NCBI GenBank assembly: GCA_002737345.1
Contig: NSIK01000004.1
Location: 128,327 to 192,326, forward strand
Length of the DNA: 64,000 bases
Direction: 5' to 3'
DNA from: Nitrospirota bacterium
GTDB taxonomy: Bacteria; Nitrospirota; Nitrospiria; Nitrospirales; Nitrospiraceae
Position numbers and translations under genes: made by a program. Below are positions 63,503 through 64,000 of this stretch, piece after piece. Under the pieces are notes generated by a model. It was not told the DNA's origin, made no database searches, and worked only from the letters and a program-made list of their open reading frames with translations. Numbering within the stretch: position 1 is the first letter of the stretch; every line of letters starts with the position of its first letter.

Positions 63503-64000
63503 TATGACGATTCTCCAATCAACAAGGTCTTCCAATGTTGGATTGGTCTTTCCTGGCCAGGGGTCCCAGTCGGTCGGGATGGGCCGAGCCTTGGCCGAGT
63601 CCAATCCCGGCATCCGCAGTCTCTACGAGGAGGCCTCGTCGGTGCTGGGTTATGATATTGCCGCGCTTTGTTTCGAGGGGCCGGTAGAACGATTGAATCT
63701 CACGGAATATACGCAGCCTGCCCTGTTGGTGAGCAGTCTGGCCTCGCTCCGTGCATTCGAGCCGTTAGGGATCACGCCGGTTGCGGTCGCAGGCCATAGT
63801 TTGGGAGAATATTCAGCTCTTGTAGCAGCTGGGGGCCTGACCTATCGTGAGGCTGTGGCGATTGTGCAGAAGCGGGGCCGTTATATGGCCGAAGCTGTGC
63901 CGCTAGGGACCGGGTTGGTTGCCGCGCTGCTCGGCCTGACGACCGATATCGTGAAAGAGCTCTGCCGGGAAGCTTCTGCTGTCGGAGTGGTGGCTGCGGC
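63503..64000 (+). CDS. fabD: malonyl CoA-ACP transacylase, 5' part (open at window end)
   Basis: My own translation from ATG 63503 gives MTILQSTRSSNVGLVFPGQGSQSVGMG... and GHSLGEYS; absent from the ORF track because there is no stop in the window. Confidence 0.88.

Overview
GC-rich bacterial chromosomal window. The gene content and intergenic repeat style suggest a Nitrospirota-like lineage, but I cannot verify that here. No rRNA, tRNA, CRISPR array, transposase or integrase was found.

**Right half (32.2-64 kb).** This is a co-directional housekeeping block:
- the dcw cluster rsmH-ftsL-ftsI-murE-murF-mraY-murD-ftsW-murG-murC-murB-ddl-ftsQ-ftsA-ftsZ
- pgeF-yggS-proC-yggT-divIVA
- a serine hydrolase, pgsA and ispE
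- prs-rplY-pth, rpsF-ssb-rpsR and yceD-rpmF-plsX-fabH-fabD

**Left half.** This part is more accessory:
- a P-type ATPase 3' end, HtrA and Mpg
- a GAF histidine-kinase-like protein whose H-box lacks His
- a minus-strand isoprenoid operon (polyprenyl synthase, HpnA-like epimerase, DUF422-like membrane protein, cytochrome c)
- a 4.5 kb run of hypothetical genes that includes a C4HC3 (PHD-spaced) zinc-finger ORF
- a TetR-MFP-RND efflux operon
- two tandem secreted paralogs
- a phosphonate-type operon: split phosphonopyruvate-decarboxylase-like alpha/beta, AEP-type transaminase, LicC-like cytidylyltransferase, CDP-alcohol transferase fusion and flippase-like protein. No PEP mutase is visible in the window.
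- cstA, yajQ and a BNR lipoprotein

**Signals not explained by genes.**
1. A ~120 nt dispersed element with AGGATGCT...AGCATCCT termini is present in 5 copies plus one solo end. All copies are co-oriented with the upstream gene.
2. Two families of intergenic inverted arrays of 7-nt repeats (GCTGARR type and ACGTGAR type) sit between cistrons.
3. The dcw promoter carries MraZ-box-like GTGGG repeats, but there is no mraZ gene.
4. A Fis-type HTH gene relic lies between pgsA and ispE.
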